This document shows positions 16,202 through 25,681 of a stretch of DNA of 32,272 bases, piece by piece. This DNA comes from an uncultured virus (IMG/VR IMGVR_UViG_3300037843_000309) (lineage: Duplodnaviria; Heunggongvirae; Uroviricota; Caudoviricetes), in the IMG/VR virus record IMGVR_UViG_3300037843_000309; one strand, written 5' to 3'. Under the pieces are notes generated by a model, which searched no databases, was not told where the DNA came from, and worked only from the letters and a program-made list of their open reading frames with translations. Every line of letters begins with the position of its first letter. Within the stretch, counting starts at the first letter, position 1. A program made the translations under genes and the position numbers.

Positions 16202-17452
16202 GTGGCTCAAGACACGTTTTCTCAGTGCTTTCGGAGACTGCGATTATATTCGCCCACACTACCCGTCCCTCTAGCCCAGCAGTTCATCAAAAACCGCTAC
16301 CGCCAAACCATCAATGACCAGACCTGGTCTTTCAGCTACGCTGAGGGCCAGATGATGGTTTTTGAGTCCATCTTCGGCACCGCCTCCATCGTCCGCAAGA
16401 GTAACTCCGTCACCCTCACGCCCAGTGGGGGAATCACGGGCATCACCCTTAATAACGCCGGCTTGGGATTCACCGCAAATGACATCCTCTACCTTGTGGG
16501 CGGATGCAACGCTCAGGTGACAGTGAATACGATTGGCGCCGGCGGGAAGATTGCGACGTGGACGCTCACGAACATCGGCGCGGCGTATACCACCGCAACG
16601 GCCGCACAGTCCTGGGGAGGGACGGGAACCGGGGCCACCTTCAATATCACGTCCGTCGGGAACGGGGTTCTCCCGGGGGACAATACGACCATCGTGGGGC
16701 GCCAGATCCTACTGGGCGGGATGGCGCCGATTTACACGATTGTCGCGAATCCGAGCGCGACGGTTGTCACCATCGACCAGCCGATGGGCGACATGACGAA
16801 TTCGGCGGTGAGTTTCGAGATTTCGTGCATCTACTTCACCTCGGAGAAGCCCGACTTCGAGCGGCTCATCAGCTTCAAGGACGTCACGAATAGCTGGCAA
16901 CTGTGGCGCGACGTGCTCGCAGATGAACTGAATGCCTGGGACGCACAGCGATCGAGCGCCGGAACGCCGACAATTCTCGCGAACCTGACCTACAACACCG
17001 ACTACTTGTCGCTGCTCGGCGGGAACACGGATTACCTCGGCCTATCGAGCGCGTCGGCTCCCACGGTGCGCCAGGAACTCTGGCCGCGGCAGCAGACCGA
17101 CTACATCTACCCGTACCTCTACAAGCGCGCGGTGCCAGACCTGAACCTTCCCACCGACACCCTGATTGGTGCTGTGACGGGGGACATCATCGTGGAAGGG
17201 GCGCTGGCCGATCTCTGTATGTGGCCGGGGACGCCGGAAGTTCCGAATCCCAAGCGCAATCCAGTCGAGTACAATATCCACCAGAAGCATTACATGGACC
17301 TGATGGACAAGGCGCGGTTGCGCGATCACGCCATCATGGAGCGCGACCTGACCAATGCGTGGTTCAGCTTGCCATACGCGCCTTATCCCAATGGGATGTC
17401 GGCCAGATTTTACCAATCGCACGTTGATTGCGGACTTGTGACAGGCTGGTAA
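16202..17452 (+). CDS. Head-tail adaptor-like protein with beta-rich insertion
   Basis: N-terminal helices ending WSF, then PDFERL, ELWP..., Y.Y.R...DL....D and DIIVEGALA, a podophage adaptor-like pattern; long Thr/Gly-rich insert. Confidence 0.65.
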   Translation: MAQDTFSQCFRRLRLYSPTLPVPLAQQFIKNRYRQTINDQTWSFSYAEGQMMVFESIFGTASIVRKSNSVTLTPSGGITGITLNNAGLGFTANDILYLVGGCNAQVTVNTIGAGGKIATWTLTNIGAAYTTATAAQSWGGTGTGATFNITSVGNGVLPGDNTTIVGRQILLGGMAPIYTIVANPSATVVTIDQPMGDMTNSAVSFEISCIYFTSEKPDFERLISFKDVTNSWQLWRDVLADELNAWDAQRSSAGTPTILANLTYNTDYLSLLGGNTDYLGLSSASAPTVRQELWPRQQTDYIYPYLYKRAVPDLNLPTDTLIGAVTGDIIVEGALADLCMWPGTPEVPNPKRNPVEYNIHQKHYMDLMDKARLRDHAIMERDLTNAWFSLPYAPYPNGMSARFYQSHVDCGLVTGW

Positions 17453-17465
17453 GAGGAGACTCACT

Positions 17466-17993
17466 ATGAAAAGGACTTTCCCAAATCTCTTTAAGATCAA
17501 TACGAGCAACAACTCCCAACCGTTGTGCTACACGACGCTGACGGCGAACGTGAATCCATTTGGAACTGTGCCAGTCTTCATCCCTGTCGCCACCAGCACC
17601 AACTTTCGTATTCACGACCGCGTGGTGCTCGACCCCGGGCTCACGATGGAAGAGACCACTGAAGTCATTTCGATTCCGGGGAACGCCAATTTCACCGCCA
17701 TCCTGAAGAACTCACACAACAACAACAATTTCGTGGGGTTGCACTTCGCGTGCGCAACGGTCTACTGCCAGCCGACGGCGGGGAATACCGGTCCCATCTA
17801 CATCGGGAACAACGCCGCCATGTCGAACAACGCCTACGTTATCGAGAAGCTGACCAACGTGGCCGCGAATGCGCAGCCTTACGACTTCTCTGACAACCAG
17901 CAGGGGAGCGGCATCAACCCGCTCAATACCAAGGAGTATTTCGGATACGGAACGGCCAATGACACCTACACCGTCGCTTTGGGGTACATCTAA
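17466..17993 (+). CDS. Putative virion structural protein
   Basis: SD GAGGAG; beta-rich; NTGPIYIG motif seen in small phage virion proteins. Confidence 0.65.
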   Translation: MKRTFPNLFKINTSNNSQPLCYTTLTANVNPFGTVPVFIPVATSTNFRIHDRVVLDPGLTMEETTEVISIPGNANFTAILKNSHNNNNFVGLHFACATVYCQPTAGNTGPIYIGNNAAMSNNAYVIEKLTNVAANAQPYDFSDNQQGSGINPLNTKEYFGYGTANDTYTVALGYI

Positions 17994-17996
17994 ACC

Positions 17997-18299
17997 ATGT
18001 TGACCTACCTTATTTCGGTTGGAAATTCGACGCCGGTTGCGCTTCCCGTGCTCACTCAAGGAACAATCACCGGCATGTGGGTGCAGGAAGATCCGAGCGT
18101 CGCGAATTGGCCCACGACCGACTTCTTCCTGATGGGTCCCGGAAACAACAACACAGCCACAGCGGCGAGGAAGGTATCAGGAACGGGGTGGCCCATCCCG
18201 CTCGTTCAGACCGGAGCCAACTTCGGCAAGGGATCGAACATGGGGTGGCTTCAAACTGTGAGCGGGAACACTAATTTTCAGGTGATTGAGTATCCATGA
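17997..18299 (+). CDS. Putative virion structural protein
   Basis: Tightly packed in the operon; beta-rich; 100 aa. Confidence 0.6.
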   Translation: MLTYLISVGNSTPVALPVLTQGTITGMWVQEDPSVANWPTTDFFLMGPGNNNTATAARKVSGTGWPIPLVQTGANFGKGSNMGWLQTVSGNTNFQVIEYP

Positions 18300-19981
18300 T
18301 TATCCCAATAGACGATACAGCACGGGCGCTCCTAGATGCCGACTCGCTGCGCGGCTATCCAGATAAAATCGACATTCCCGATCAAACTTATGGGGAAATC
18401 GAGGGACGCCTGCTTCGCCAACATCCCGAGCAGGACGCCGAAGACCGGAAATGGCAGACTGTTCGCAACTACCTCTGGACCCACCATTACCATCTGCGGG
18501 CGGTGAATCCTAACGGAACGCCAAAGGAACGCGTCACGGTTAAAGCTGTGGAGATTCCTCCAGCCGTTCCTGCGGTAGCTGGTGATGCGATTTCAAATGC
18601 CGACCGATCCTGGTTTAAGCGCTGGGCAATTTCAGTTTTGGTAATGCTCGGCCTTATCCTTTTGGCAATTCTGCTTTCGGCTTCGCGTGCTCACGCCCAA
18701 TGGAGTCAGATTGGCACGATTACCTTCGAAGACACGACGCCGACGATTATCAAGACCTTCGCCGCGCCATTTCGTATTCAGTGCGGAGTTAATATCACCT
18801 GCACATACACCACTGATGCGAATGGCAATACCGTTCTAAATTTTGCGTCGGCTGGCGGCGGGGCCGTAGGCAGCTTCTCAGGCGACGGATCGTTGCTCAG
18901 TAACTCTCTTTCGGTTGGTGCCGTGACCGCCACGCTCGCCAATGCCGGGGCCAACAAGTGGTGGGGAAATAATACCGGTTCAAGCACCGCGCCCGGTTAT
19001 CAAAGCATCGGTAGTGCGGATACGTCGCCTAATTGGTATGTAGCCGCAGGGGGAACCCACGATGCCCAAACCGCGACGCTGGTTCCCGCTGTACCCGCCT
19101 TGGCAACGGGGCTCGTCGTGAACTTCCTGCCCGTGGCCTCAAACACGGGGACGACACCCACACTGGCAGTGAACGGGCTCGCGGCCAAGACCATCACCAA
19201 GTGTGGGCAGTCGGCGCTAGTGGCAGGAGACCTGAGCACCACAGCGATTGCTTCTGTCTTTTACGATGGTACGGATTTTGAGTTATTAAATCCACAGGTG
19301 AATGGATGCGGGGGCGCAACGCAACTGAACGACTCCAACGGCAAATCAGAAATCTTGACGACCGCAACCGCTTCAGCCGTCGATCAAGTCACAGTGACCA
19401 ATTCTGCAACCGCGAATCCCGCCACTGTCTCCATCTACGCGACGGGAAGTGATAACAACGTCTCCCTGAATCTCGGGGGTAAGGGAACCGGCGTAACTCA
19501 GTTTGGAAATTTCGGGAACACCACTAATGGGCTGCAATTAGCCAGCAATGGTACGTTTAATAGATATCTTAACGTTCCATTGGCGGGTGGGCCGGGCCTT
19601 GCTGTTGTTGACGGAGTTTCAAATGTTACCAACCAGACAGCCTCTCAAACCACGGTAAATTTACTGGCTTCTGGAAGTGTGGCGGCTGGAGGGTATCGTA
19701 TCAACTATTACGCGGACGAAAAAACTGCATGTTCCACCGTGTCGGCAGGCGGCGTAACTTTCACCTTCGGTTGGACGGATGGAACGCTCGCTCGCACCTT
19801 TACAACATCTTCACTTAACGCCGATACCTCCGATGTCGCAGCCGATTATATTCAAGGCTCAGTGGACATTCAGTCTGCTGTTTCGGTCGCCATTACCTAT
19901 ATCTCGACGTACACAGCTACATGCAGCACAGGCGGCCCGTTTGCCTATGACTTTCATGCTTCGCTTGAGAGGACACAATAA
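18296..19981 (+). CDS. Tail fibre-like protein with an internal signal peptide/anchor
   Basis: About 105-aa soluble N-terminus, then KRWAISVLVMLGLILLAILLSASRAHA|Q; fibre-type module (ASNTGTTPTLAVNGLAAKTI...GDL...YDGT.F.LLNP). Confidence 0.7.
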   Translation: MIIPIDDTARALLDADSLRGYPDKIDIPDQTYGEIEGRLLRQHPEQDAEDRKWQTVRNYLWTHHYHLRAVNPNGTPKERVTVKAVEIPPAVPAVAGDAISNADRSWFKRWAISVLVMLGLILLAILLSASRAHAQWSQIGTITFEDTTPTIIKTFAAPFRIQCGVNITCTYTTDANGNTVLNFASAGGGAVGSFSGDGSLLSNSLSVGAVTATLANAGANKWWGNNTGSSTAPGYQSIGSADTSPNWYVAAGGTHDAQTATLVPAVPALATGLVVNFLPVASNTGTTPTLAVNGLAAKTITKCGQSALVAGDLSTTAIASVFYDGTDFELLNPQVNGCGGATQLNDSNGKSEILTTATASAVDQVTVTNSATANPATVSIYATGSDNNVSLNLGGKGTGVTQFGNFGNTTNGLQLASNGTFNRYLNVPLAGGPGLAVVDGVSNVTNQTASQTTVNLLASGSVAAGGYRINYYADEKTACSTVSAGGVTFTFGWTDGTLARTFTTSSLNADTSDVAADYIQGSVDIQSAVSVAITYISTYTATCSTGGPFAYDFHASLERTQ

Positions 19982-20442
19982 TGAAACGCGCTTTGCTTCT
20001 GGCTTTTGTGGCTTTCATCGTCGGATACACGGTTGCCCCGCGCAACGCCCCGGCCAGCGTTACCCTTACCACCCCATTTAGTCAAGCAGGTCCGAATGTG
20101 ACAGCAGAGACAGACCCTTACGCTGCGCCAATGGCGATTTGCGCCGACCAGGTAACGCAGATCATGACGCTCAAGATTTACCCTGCCACGGCACAGACCA
20201 TCAACGGCGGCAAGGTGACGGGCGTCACGGTGGGAACAATTCCCCCTGTTGAGTTCACTATCAATGCTCAGACCGGAGCGTGGTCAAGCACCAATGGGCA
20301 GGCGGGGACGCTGACAGGCTCAGGCCTCATCGGAGCGCAAGGGTGGCTGGCATCGGCCCTAACGTCCACAATGAAAAACCAAGCCGAGCCGTGGCTGATT
20401 TCGGTTGGAGTTATGCCGGGCGTGCAGACGCCGTGGCAATAG
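19981..20442 (+). CDS. Signal-peptide-bearing hypothetical protein
   Basis: MKRALLLAFVAFIVGYTVA...APA|S. Confidence 0.7.
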   Translation: MKRALLLAFVAFIVGYTVAPRNAPASVTLTTPFSQAGPNVTAETDPYAAPMAICADQVTQIMTLKIYPATAQTINGGKVTGVTVGTIPPVEFTINAQTGAWSSTNGQAGTLTGSGLIGAQGWLASALTSTMKNQAEPWLISVGVMPGVQTPWQ

Positions 20443-20448
20443 GAAACC

Positions 20449-20535
20449 ATGTTAAGTGAACTTGAACTCCGGCGGCTTTTGAGGAAGTCGATTTACTGTG
20501 CCATGCTCTCGGAAGCGGGAACGATCTCAAGGTGA
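20449..20535 (+). CDS. Possible 28-aa micropeptide MLSELELRRLLRKSIYCAMLSEAGTISR
   Basis: AGGA SD; fills the intergenic gap almost exactly. Confidence 0.35.
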   Translation: MLSELELRRLLRKSIYCAMLSEAGTISR

Positions 20536-20538
20536 CCC

Positions 20539-22179
20539 ATGAAGAAACTTCTCTTGGCGGTTGCGGTGCTGATTCTCAGTGCAGGCCCTGCACTGGGGCA
20601 GTATATTCCGGTGAGCGGCTATGTTTCCCAAGGTGGAACAACGGTCACCGTGGGGGGCTTGCCTCCAACCGTTGCCACCTACCTAAAAACATTCCCCGGG
20701 GCTACCGTGACGGTCTACGCGACGGGAACCTCCAATCTCGTATCAATTTATTCAAATTCCAGTGGTAGCGCCAAAGCCAATCCTTTTACCTCTGACTCTG
20801 TGACTTCGCTATGGATTTTTTGGGTAGCTCCAGGAATCTATGATATTCGTTTTTCCGGAACTGGGATAACTGTTCCGTGGACGGTCAGTACTGGAGTCCA
20901 AGTTACAGGGATTGGCAATAGCACGACTGTCATCGACGCATCCTTGGTATTTGGCGCAACATGGGGAGACCGGGTCATAGCAGCAGCAGCGGCAGGAACA
21001 TGCCCAACAGTCGGCTGTACCATAGATACCCGAGGCTTAACAGGTGTCCAGGTAATCCCATCCTTGATTACCCTCCCACCTTCCACGCATCTGATTCTTG
21101 GCGATGCTCAGATTCAATGCCTTACAATTCCTTGTATCAGCTATACCCACTCTGACATCATCGAGGGCCAAGGGGGACTCTCTCTTAGCGCAGCGTGTCC
21201 CCAAGGAAGCATTATATGGGGTAACGTCACGTCGCCAGCGGGTGCGATGATAACGCCAGTTTCTGGAGCTTACCAAGTCAACATGCACGACTTCGCACTC
21301 GTCGATTCCGGCAACGCCTGTGCTTCCGTAAGCGGGAATACTACTCATATCGGTATCGACTTCAGCCAAGTCCTAAACTCACAATTCCGCAACATCAACT
21401 TCGTGGGATTTGACAAGGGCCTTTACGCGAACCATGTAGGCGGATGTGACTGCTACAATCATATCGAGAATGTAAATTTTCTCGCGTTGAATCAGGATGG
21501 ATTGTATTTAGGAGCAGACGCTAACTGGAATGTGGTGCTGAACGTCCAGAGCAATTTCGTTCCCGCAAAATCCAACGTAGTTCACCTTGACGGTGCTACC
21601 GGGAATGACATTGTAGGGGTCAAATGCGAAAATGGCGACGTGACGGCCCTATGCGTGAACGTTACTTCTATATCCGGCACGAGCGCTGACAACAATATCT
21701 TAGGGATTGTCTCCGCTACCGGGTTTGCTACGCCTCAGTGGAGTGACACGTCGGGGAGCGTTGCCAGTTTCGGGATAGGAAACACAATTCAGGTCAGCAA
21801 CCGATTTGTGGAAGTGAACGGCAGATTTACCACGGGCGACGAAGGCATTACCGCCTCGGTGAACAACATCAACCTTGGGCCTTTATCGTCCTCCATCGGC
21901 ACAACGACGCTCTACACCGACCCGGTAGGTGGCAACTCCAGCAGCTACATCATCAACTACACCTTGTACGCAACCACTGGAAGTACGGGCAACGTCCAGG
22001 CCACCTTCACCTGGGGGAACGGGTTTTATAACCAAGTCTGCACTTCTCCGGTGCTGAACATCACGACTAACAACGGCTTTGAAGGAACGCGCGCTGTGTC
22101 GGGTGGCACAATCCAGTACAGCACGACCTACGTGGCCTCTGGGAATTATTATCTCTATGCGACGGTGACAAAACAATGA
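20539..22179 (+). CDS. Tailspike-like beta-helix protein with signal peptide
   Basis: Signal MKKLLLAVAVLILSAGPALG|Q; virion-attachment-type N-domain (GATVTVYATGT....IY.......NPF..D); pectate-lyase-like N/I/G repeats; beta-sandwich C-domain. Confidence 0.75.
   Translation: MKKLLLAVAVLILSAGPALGQYIPVSGYVSQGGTTVTVGGLPPTVATYLKTFPGATVTVYATGTSNLVSIYSNSSGSAKANPFTSDSVTSLWIFWVAPGIYDIRFSGTGITVPWTVSTGVQVTGIGNSTTVIDASLVFGATWGDRVIAAAAAGTCPTVGCTIDTRGLTGVQVIPSLITLPPSTHLILGDAQIQCLTIPCISYTHSDIIEGQGGLSLSAACPQGSIIWGNVTSPAGAMITPVSGAYQVNMHDFALVDSGNACASVSGNTTHIGIDFSQVLNSQFRNINFVGFDKGLYANHVGGCDCYNHIENVNFLALNQDGLYLGADANWNVVLNVQSNFVPAKSNVVHLDGATGNDIVGVKCENGDVTALCVNVTSISGTSADNNILGIVSATGFATPQWSDTSGSVASFGIGNTIQVSNRFVEVNGRFTTGDEGITASVNNINLGPLSSSIGTTTLYTDPVGGNSSSYIINYTLYATTGSTGNVQATFTWGNGFYNQVCTSPVLNITTNNGFEGTRAVSGGTIQYSTTYVASGNYYLYATVTKQ
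20575..20595. repeat. Palindrome copy 9, inverted relative to copies 3/4/10/11, inside the signal-peptide codons
   Basis: CTCAGTGCAG-GCC-CTGCACTG; its reverse complement contains AGTGCAGGGCCTGCACTGAG exactly; encodes L-S-A-G-P-A-L. Confidence 0.95.
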
Positions 22180-22730
22180 GGAAAATCCTTGGCTTGATGG
22201 CCTTAGTGTTGACCCTCTCACCCGGATTGTTCTTTGGGCAGATGCAGCAGATATACGAATCTACCGGTAGTGGTGTCCCAACGGGGGCCTGTAACGCTCA
22301 GATGCAGTATTTCAACGTGACCAACGCGACAATGTACTTCTGCGGGTCCACCAACGGGGGCACTACTTATTCCTGGATCGCGCTTGCTTCCGGGGTGAAA
22401 ACCTGCACGATGTCGCTGGGAGACGGTAAAAATGCGATACCAGCGGGAACCTACCCACTGGACTTCCAATGCTCTAACGACACGTCCATAGCGTACACGA
22501 TTCTTAGTATTCAATGCGCGTCGGACAACTCCGGGGCCTCGACCTGCGACGTGGCGACAAACGCGCCAAGCGATTTACTTGCTACCCCAATTACGGCCTT
22601 ATCAAGTTGGCAGACCGGAACGCTAAGTTCTACGACCACAATCACCACCAGCCAATATCTCAAGCGAACTTTTGTGGCTGATGGAAGCTCAAAGCAAATC
22701 ACCATGAAGGTTGTAGTTAGCACCTTCTAG
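22176..22730 (+). CDS. Signal-peptide-bearing Cys-rich fibre-like protein
   Basis: MRKILGLMALVLTLSPGLFFG|Q; G.G.PTGAC...YF......Y.C.....W module typical of fibre/tropism domains. Confidence 0.7.
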   Translation: MRKILGLMALVLTLSPGLFFGQMQQIYESTGSGVPTGACNAQMQYFNVTNATMYFCGSTNGGTTYSWIALASGVKTCTMSLGDGKNAIPAGTYPLDFQCSNDTSIAYTILSIQCASDNSGASTCDVATNAPSDLLATPITALSSWQTGTLSSTTTITTSQYLKRTFVADGSSKQITMKVVVSTF

Positions 22731-22737
22731 GAGTTTA

Positions 22738-24933
22738 ATGCTGAAAAGATTCATCATCGCGCTTGTTTTCCTGGCCTCGGTGAAGTTCTGCTGCGCCACG
22801 ATTCATTACGTTCGACCTACGGCGGATTGTACCTATTCGGGTGACGGCACAAAATGGAACTGCGCTGCTTCGGGAGGAGCGGCAGGAGCCGTGCTGGAAG
22901 TCACCGGGACTCTGACCCGTGGCGATATCTACATGCTCGCAGGCTCCGCCAACCTATACGCCGATTTCACTAGATCTGAGGCTGACTCGGGAACTTCCAC
23001 TATCAGCATCGTCAAGGCCGTCGATTGCACAATAGGTAGTAATAACACTCTTGTTTGGTATTGTCCTGGCGGGACCGCTCCGCTCTATTCCGCCGGCACG
23101 GGACCGCAGACTATAAGCGGCTGGTCGGCTGGGATGGGTACGACTTCCGGTCAATGGAAGGATACGTGGACGGACCCCCAGAGCCACGGCTCCCGTCATT
23201 GGAACTTCTGCACCGACTATTTTCTCGTAGATGGAGTAGTGGGCAACACGGACCCCATCACCGGCCCGAGCGGGCAGGGCTTTCAGGCGCTGGGCCAAGG
23301 GGGGATTGGAGTCGGCTGCGGAGCGGCGAGTCAAACCAACATCTCAATACTTCACTCCGAGATTGGGAGTTACGGTCTGTCTCCATTCTACCGCTCGTCC
23401 GTGTCTAGTTGCTCCTACAGCGGAGGGGTCGCGGTCATCGGCACGTCCATCAACACGGGCGGAGTCTCGGGAGACAGGTACGGTGGTTGGACTTCCTCGA
23501 ACGCGGTCCTTTTCACCAACAAGACTGCATCATCTGCGAGTTCGTCTAGCGTGTCGATTGCGCTATCGTCAAGCCCTTGCGCCACGCTTTACGCGATTGC
23601 CCTGGATTTCACTCCCGGAGGATTTGTCAACATTGCCAGCGGTGCGGAAACTTTTACGAATATCACAATTTCCTACGATTACATCCATGACGCGGGGATT
23701 CTTGTGGGGTTCGAGAATTGCTCGAACTGCACCTTGCAAGGGAGCTATCTGGCTCGCAATCGGTCTACCCCTACCTACCACGCCAGTTGCATCAACATCA
23801 CGATGCCTGGGGGCACGGTGGTAACTGGCCCCGAAAGTTTCTTTCAGAACTTCTTTCTCGACTGCAACGGCACGGCGGTAATTACAGACCTTGGACAATC
23901 AACTTCTCCTTACGGCGGCATCATGAGCGCCGAGTACGTGTTTTCGAACATCTTCACCTGCTCACCTACAGGCATAGCGACCTTGGGGAATTGTCAGGTT
24001 TCAGGAAGTGTCACTGACACTGCGGGGGAGACCGCTCTCACCAATCTCTATATGTTCCACAACACCTTCGCGTTCCCCAGCCTTTTCCCCTACTACGGGG
24101 CGGGGATGTACTTGAACTGCGGCAACAATGGCCGATGCGCCGGAACAGGGACCTCATCCACCGGAACTGCCATCGACAATCTGTTCTACAATGTTTCAAA
24201 CTCGGGAGGGGACGGCGTGGCGCTCAAAGCCCAAGGCGGGGCGGCAACCGGATTCTCAAACGTCCAACTCTACAATAGCGATGTCAACTCCAATCCGCTG
24301 GATTCGCTCTGGACCTGCACGGCGAATTCTCCTAACTTCGACGTTTGCCACGGCACTGGGCAGGCGGATCCCTTCACCAATGATGCGGGATACGACTACC
24401 ATCCCACGACGGCGTTCACTGCGGCGAACAACGCCAACACCCAATGGGCTACCGGAAACTGTTCGCTGTCATCTCCCTTCAATGCCCCGCCTTACGACCT
24501 AGACTTCTACGGGGTAGTGTTTGGGAGTACTACCGGATGCGCACGAGGAGCGGTTGAGTTCGGCGGTAGTCCCCCTCCTCCGGGAGCAGTGAGCCTATCA
24601 ACCCGCACGATTGCCTTTGGCACGGTAATAACAGGAACGCAAAATGACGGGGTGGGCACAGACCCTTCCCCTTTGATTCTAACCAACATTGGCGGGGGCA
24701 CGCTCACTATCAGTAGCATTACGCCGCCTACCGGGTTCACAGAATCCGACACCTGCGGAGCATCACTTGTTTCCCTCGCTTACTGCACCATTACCGTTAC
24801 AGTGGGGGCAGGTTCGCACTCGGGAAATCTTGTCCTTACGACCAGCGCCACGACTAGCCCGGACGATGTGGCGCTGTCGGCCATCGGGGTCGCCACCTTT
24901 ATCGTCCCAACTTCGGGAGGAAGTTTCAATTAA
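22738..24933 (+). CDS. Secreted-type Cys-rich beta-helix protein with C-terminal ASH/choice-of-anchor D-like Ig domain
   Basis: Signal MLKRFIIALVFLASVKFCCA|T; YVRP N-terminal motif; beta-helix repeats; DPF.....DY..GAVEF; IAFG.V..G...LTN.G..TLTISSI...F...DTCG.SL...CTITV...VALSA.G. Confidence 0.75.
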   Translation: MLKRFIIALVFLASVKFCCATIHYVRPTADCTYSGDGTKWNCAASGGAAGAVLEVTGTLTRGDIYMLAGSANLYADFTRSEADSGTSTISIVKAVDCTIGSNNTLVWYCPGGTAPLYSAGTGPQTISGWSAGMGTTSGQWKDTWTDPQSHGSRHWNFCTDYFLVDGVVGNTDPITGPSGQGFQALGQGGIGVGCGAASQTNISILHSEIGSYGLSPFYRSSVSSCSYSGGVAVIGTSINTGGVSGDRYGGWTSSNAVLFTNKTASSASSSSVSIALSSSPCATLYAIALDFTPGGFVNIASGAETFTNITISYDYIHDAGILVGFENCSNCTLQGSYLARNRSTPTYHASCINITMPGGTVVTGPESFFQNFFLDCNGTAVITDLGQSTSPYGGIMSAEYVFSNIFTCSPTGIATLGNCQVSGSVTDTAGETALTNLYMFHNTFAFPSLFPYYGAGMYLNCGNNGRCAGTGTSSTGTAIDNLFYNVSNSGGDGVALKAQGGAATGFSNVQLYNSDVNSNPLDSLWTCTANSPNFDVCHGTGQADPFTNDAGYDYHPTTAFTAANNANTQWATGNCSLSSPFNAPPYDLDFYGVVFGSTTGCARGAVEFGGSPPPPGAVSLSTRTIAFGTVITGTQNDGVGTDPSPLILTNIGGGTLTISSITPPTGFTESDTCGASLVSLAYCTITVTVGAGSHSGNLVLTTSATTSPDDVALSAIGVATFIVPTSGGSFN

Positions 24934-25014
24934 AATGCCGTTCGGATTCAATAAAGGAACTGAGACGTCGAGGTTTTGGATTGACCCTCGGGGTATAATG
25001 ATGAAGGAGGTCTT

Positions 25015-25215
25015 ATGGGATTGATACAGGTAGTCGTGGTTCTCATCGTCGTGGGCCTGCTGCTTTGGCTTGCCCTTACTTACATTCCAATGGCCCCGCC
25101 GTTTCCCAAGATTATAACGGCGGTGGTGGTGATCTGCGTGGTACTCTGGCTGCTCAACGTGTTTGGGATCCTCAACATGGGAGAGATTCACGTTGGGCAT
25201 ATAGGAAGGGGATGA
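25015..25215 (+). CDS. Small two-TM membrane protein (Thivi_2564-like)
   Basis: SD AAGGAGG; LI..VVVLIVVGLLLWL...IPM......I..VVVI.VVLWLL.VFG. Confidence 0.8.
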   Translation: MGLIQVVVVLIVVGLLLWLALTYIPMAPPFPKIITAVVVICVVLWLLNVFGILNMGEIHVGHIGRG

Positions 25216-25216
25216 C

Positions 25217-25672
25217 ATGATTCACCATAGCGTTGGATTCGCCATCGGCGTGTTCGTTTTCTTCGCGCTGGGCTCAGGCTTCAACGTCTGGCGTCACGCG
25301 GCCAGCGTCGTGAATTCCAAGCTAAACGGCATCACCACTTATGGCCAGTTCTTTCGGGTCAATGGACCGGCCCAGGCGTTCAAAACCTTTGGGGCTCTCT
25401 GCTTCCTTATGTGGTGGAGCTTCAACAATCCCGCCGTCGAGAATCTTGCGACCACTCTATGGCCATCGACCTTTGGGCCTGCTCCGGGCTGGCTGCTTTC
25501 GATTCTGACCGTCACACCCGCAACGGCGGGAGCCTTCGGATTGTTCTGGGACGTGCTGGCAGATTTGGTTCTCGTCTACGCCAAGAAAAAGTGGCCGGGA
25601 ATAGTGCCGGAAGTTCCGCCGACGCTTGACAGCGCGGTAGTGAAGGAAATTTCCACGCCCACTTCAAAATAG
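25217..25672 (+). CDS. Multi-TM membrane protein, holin candidate
   Basis: About three hydrophobic segments, basic KKK after the last; upstream of a cell-wall enzyme gene. Confidence 0.55.
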   Translation: MIHHSVGFAIGVFVFFALGSGFNVWRHAASVVNSKLNGITTYGQFFRVNGPAQAFKTFGALCFLMWWSFNNPAVENLATTLWPSTFGPAPGWLLSILTVTPATAGAFGLFWDVLADLVLVYAKKKWPGIVPEVPPTLDSAVVKEISTPTSK

Positions 25673-25681
25673 GGAATCAAT

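Noticed and set aside
24981..24999. TTGACC...TATAAT promoter before the membrane genes
   Set aside because: Spacing is only 7 bp; the perfect -10 has no -35 at 16-18 bp, so it is not supportable as a canonical promoter.
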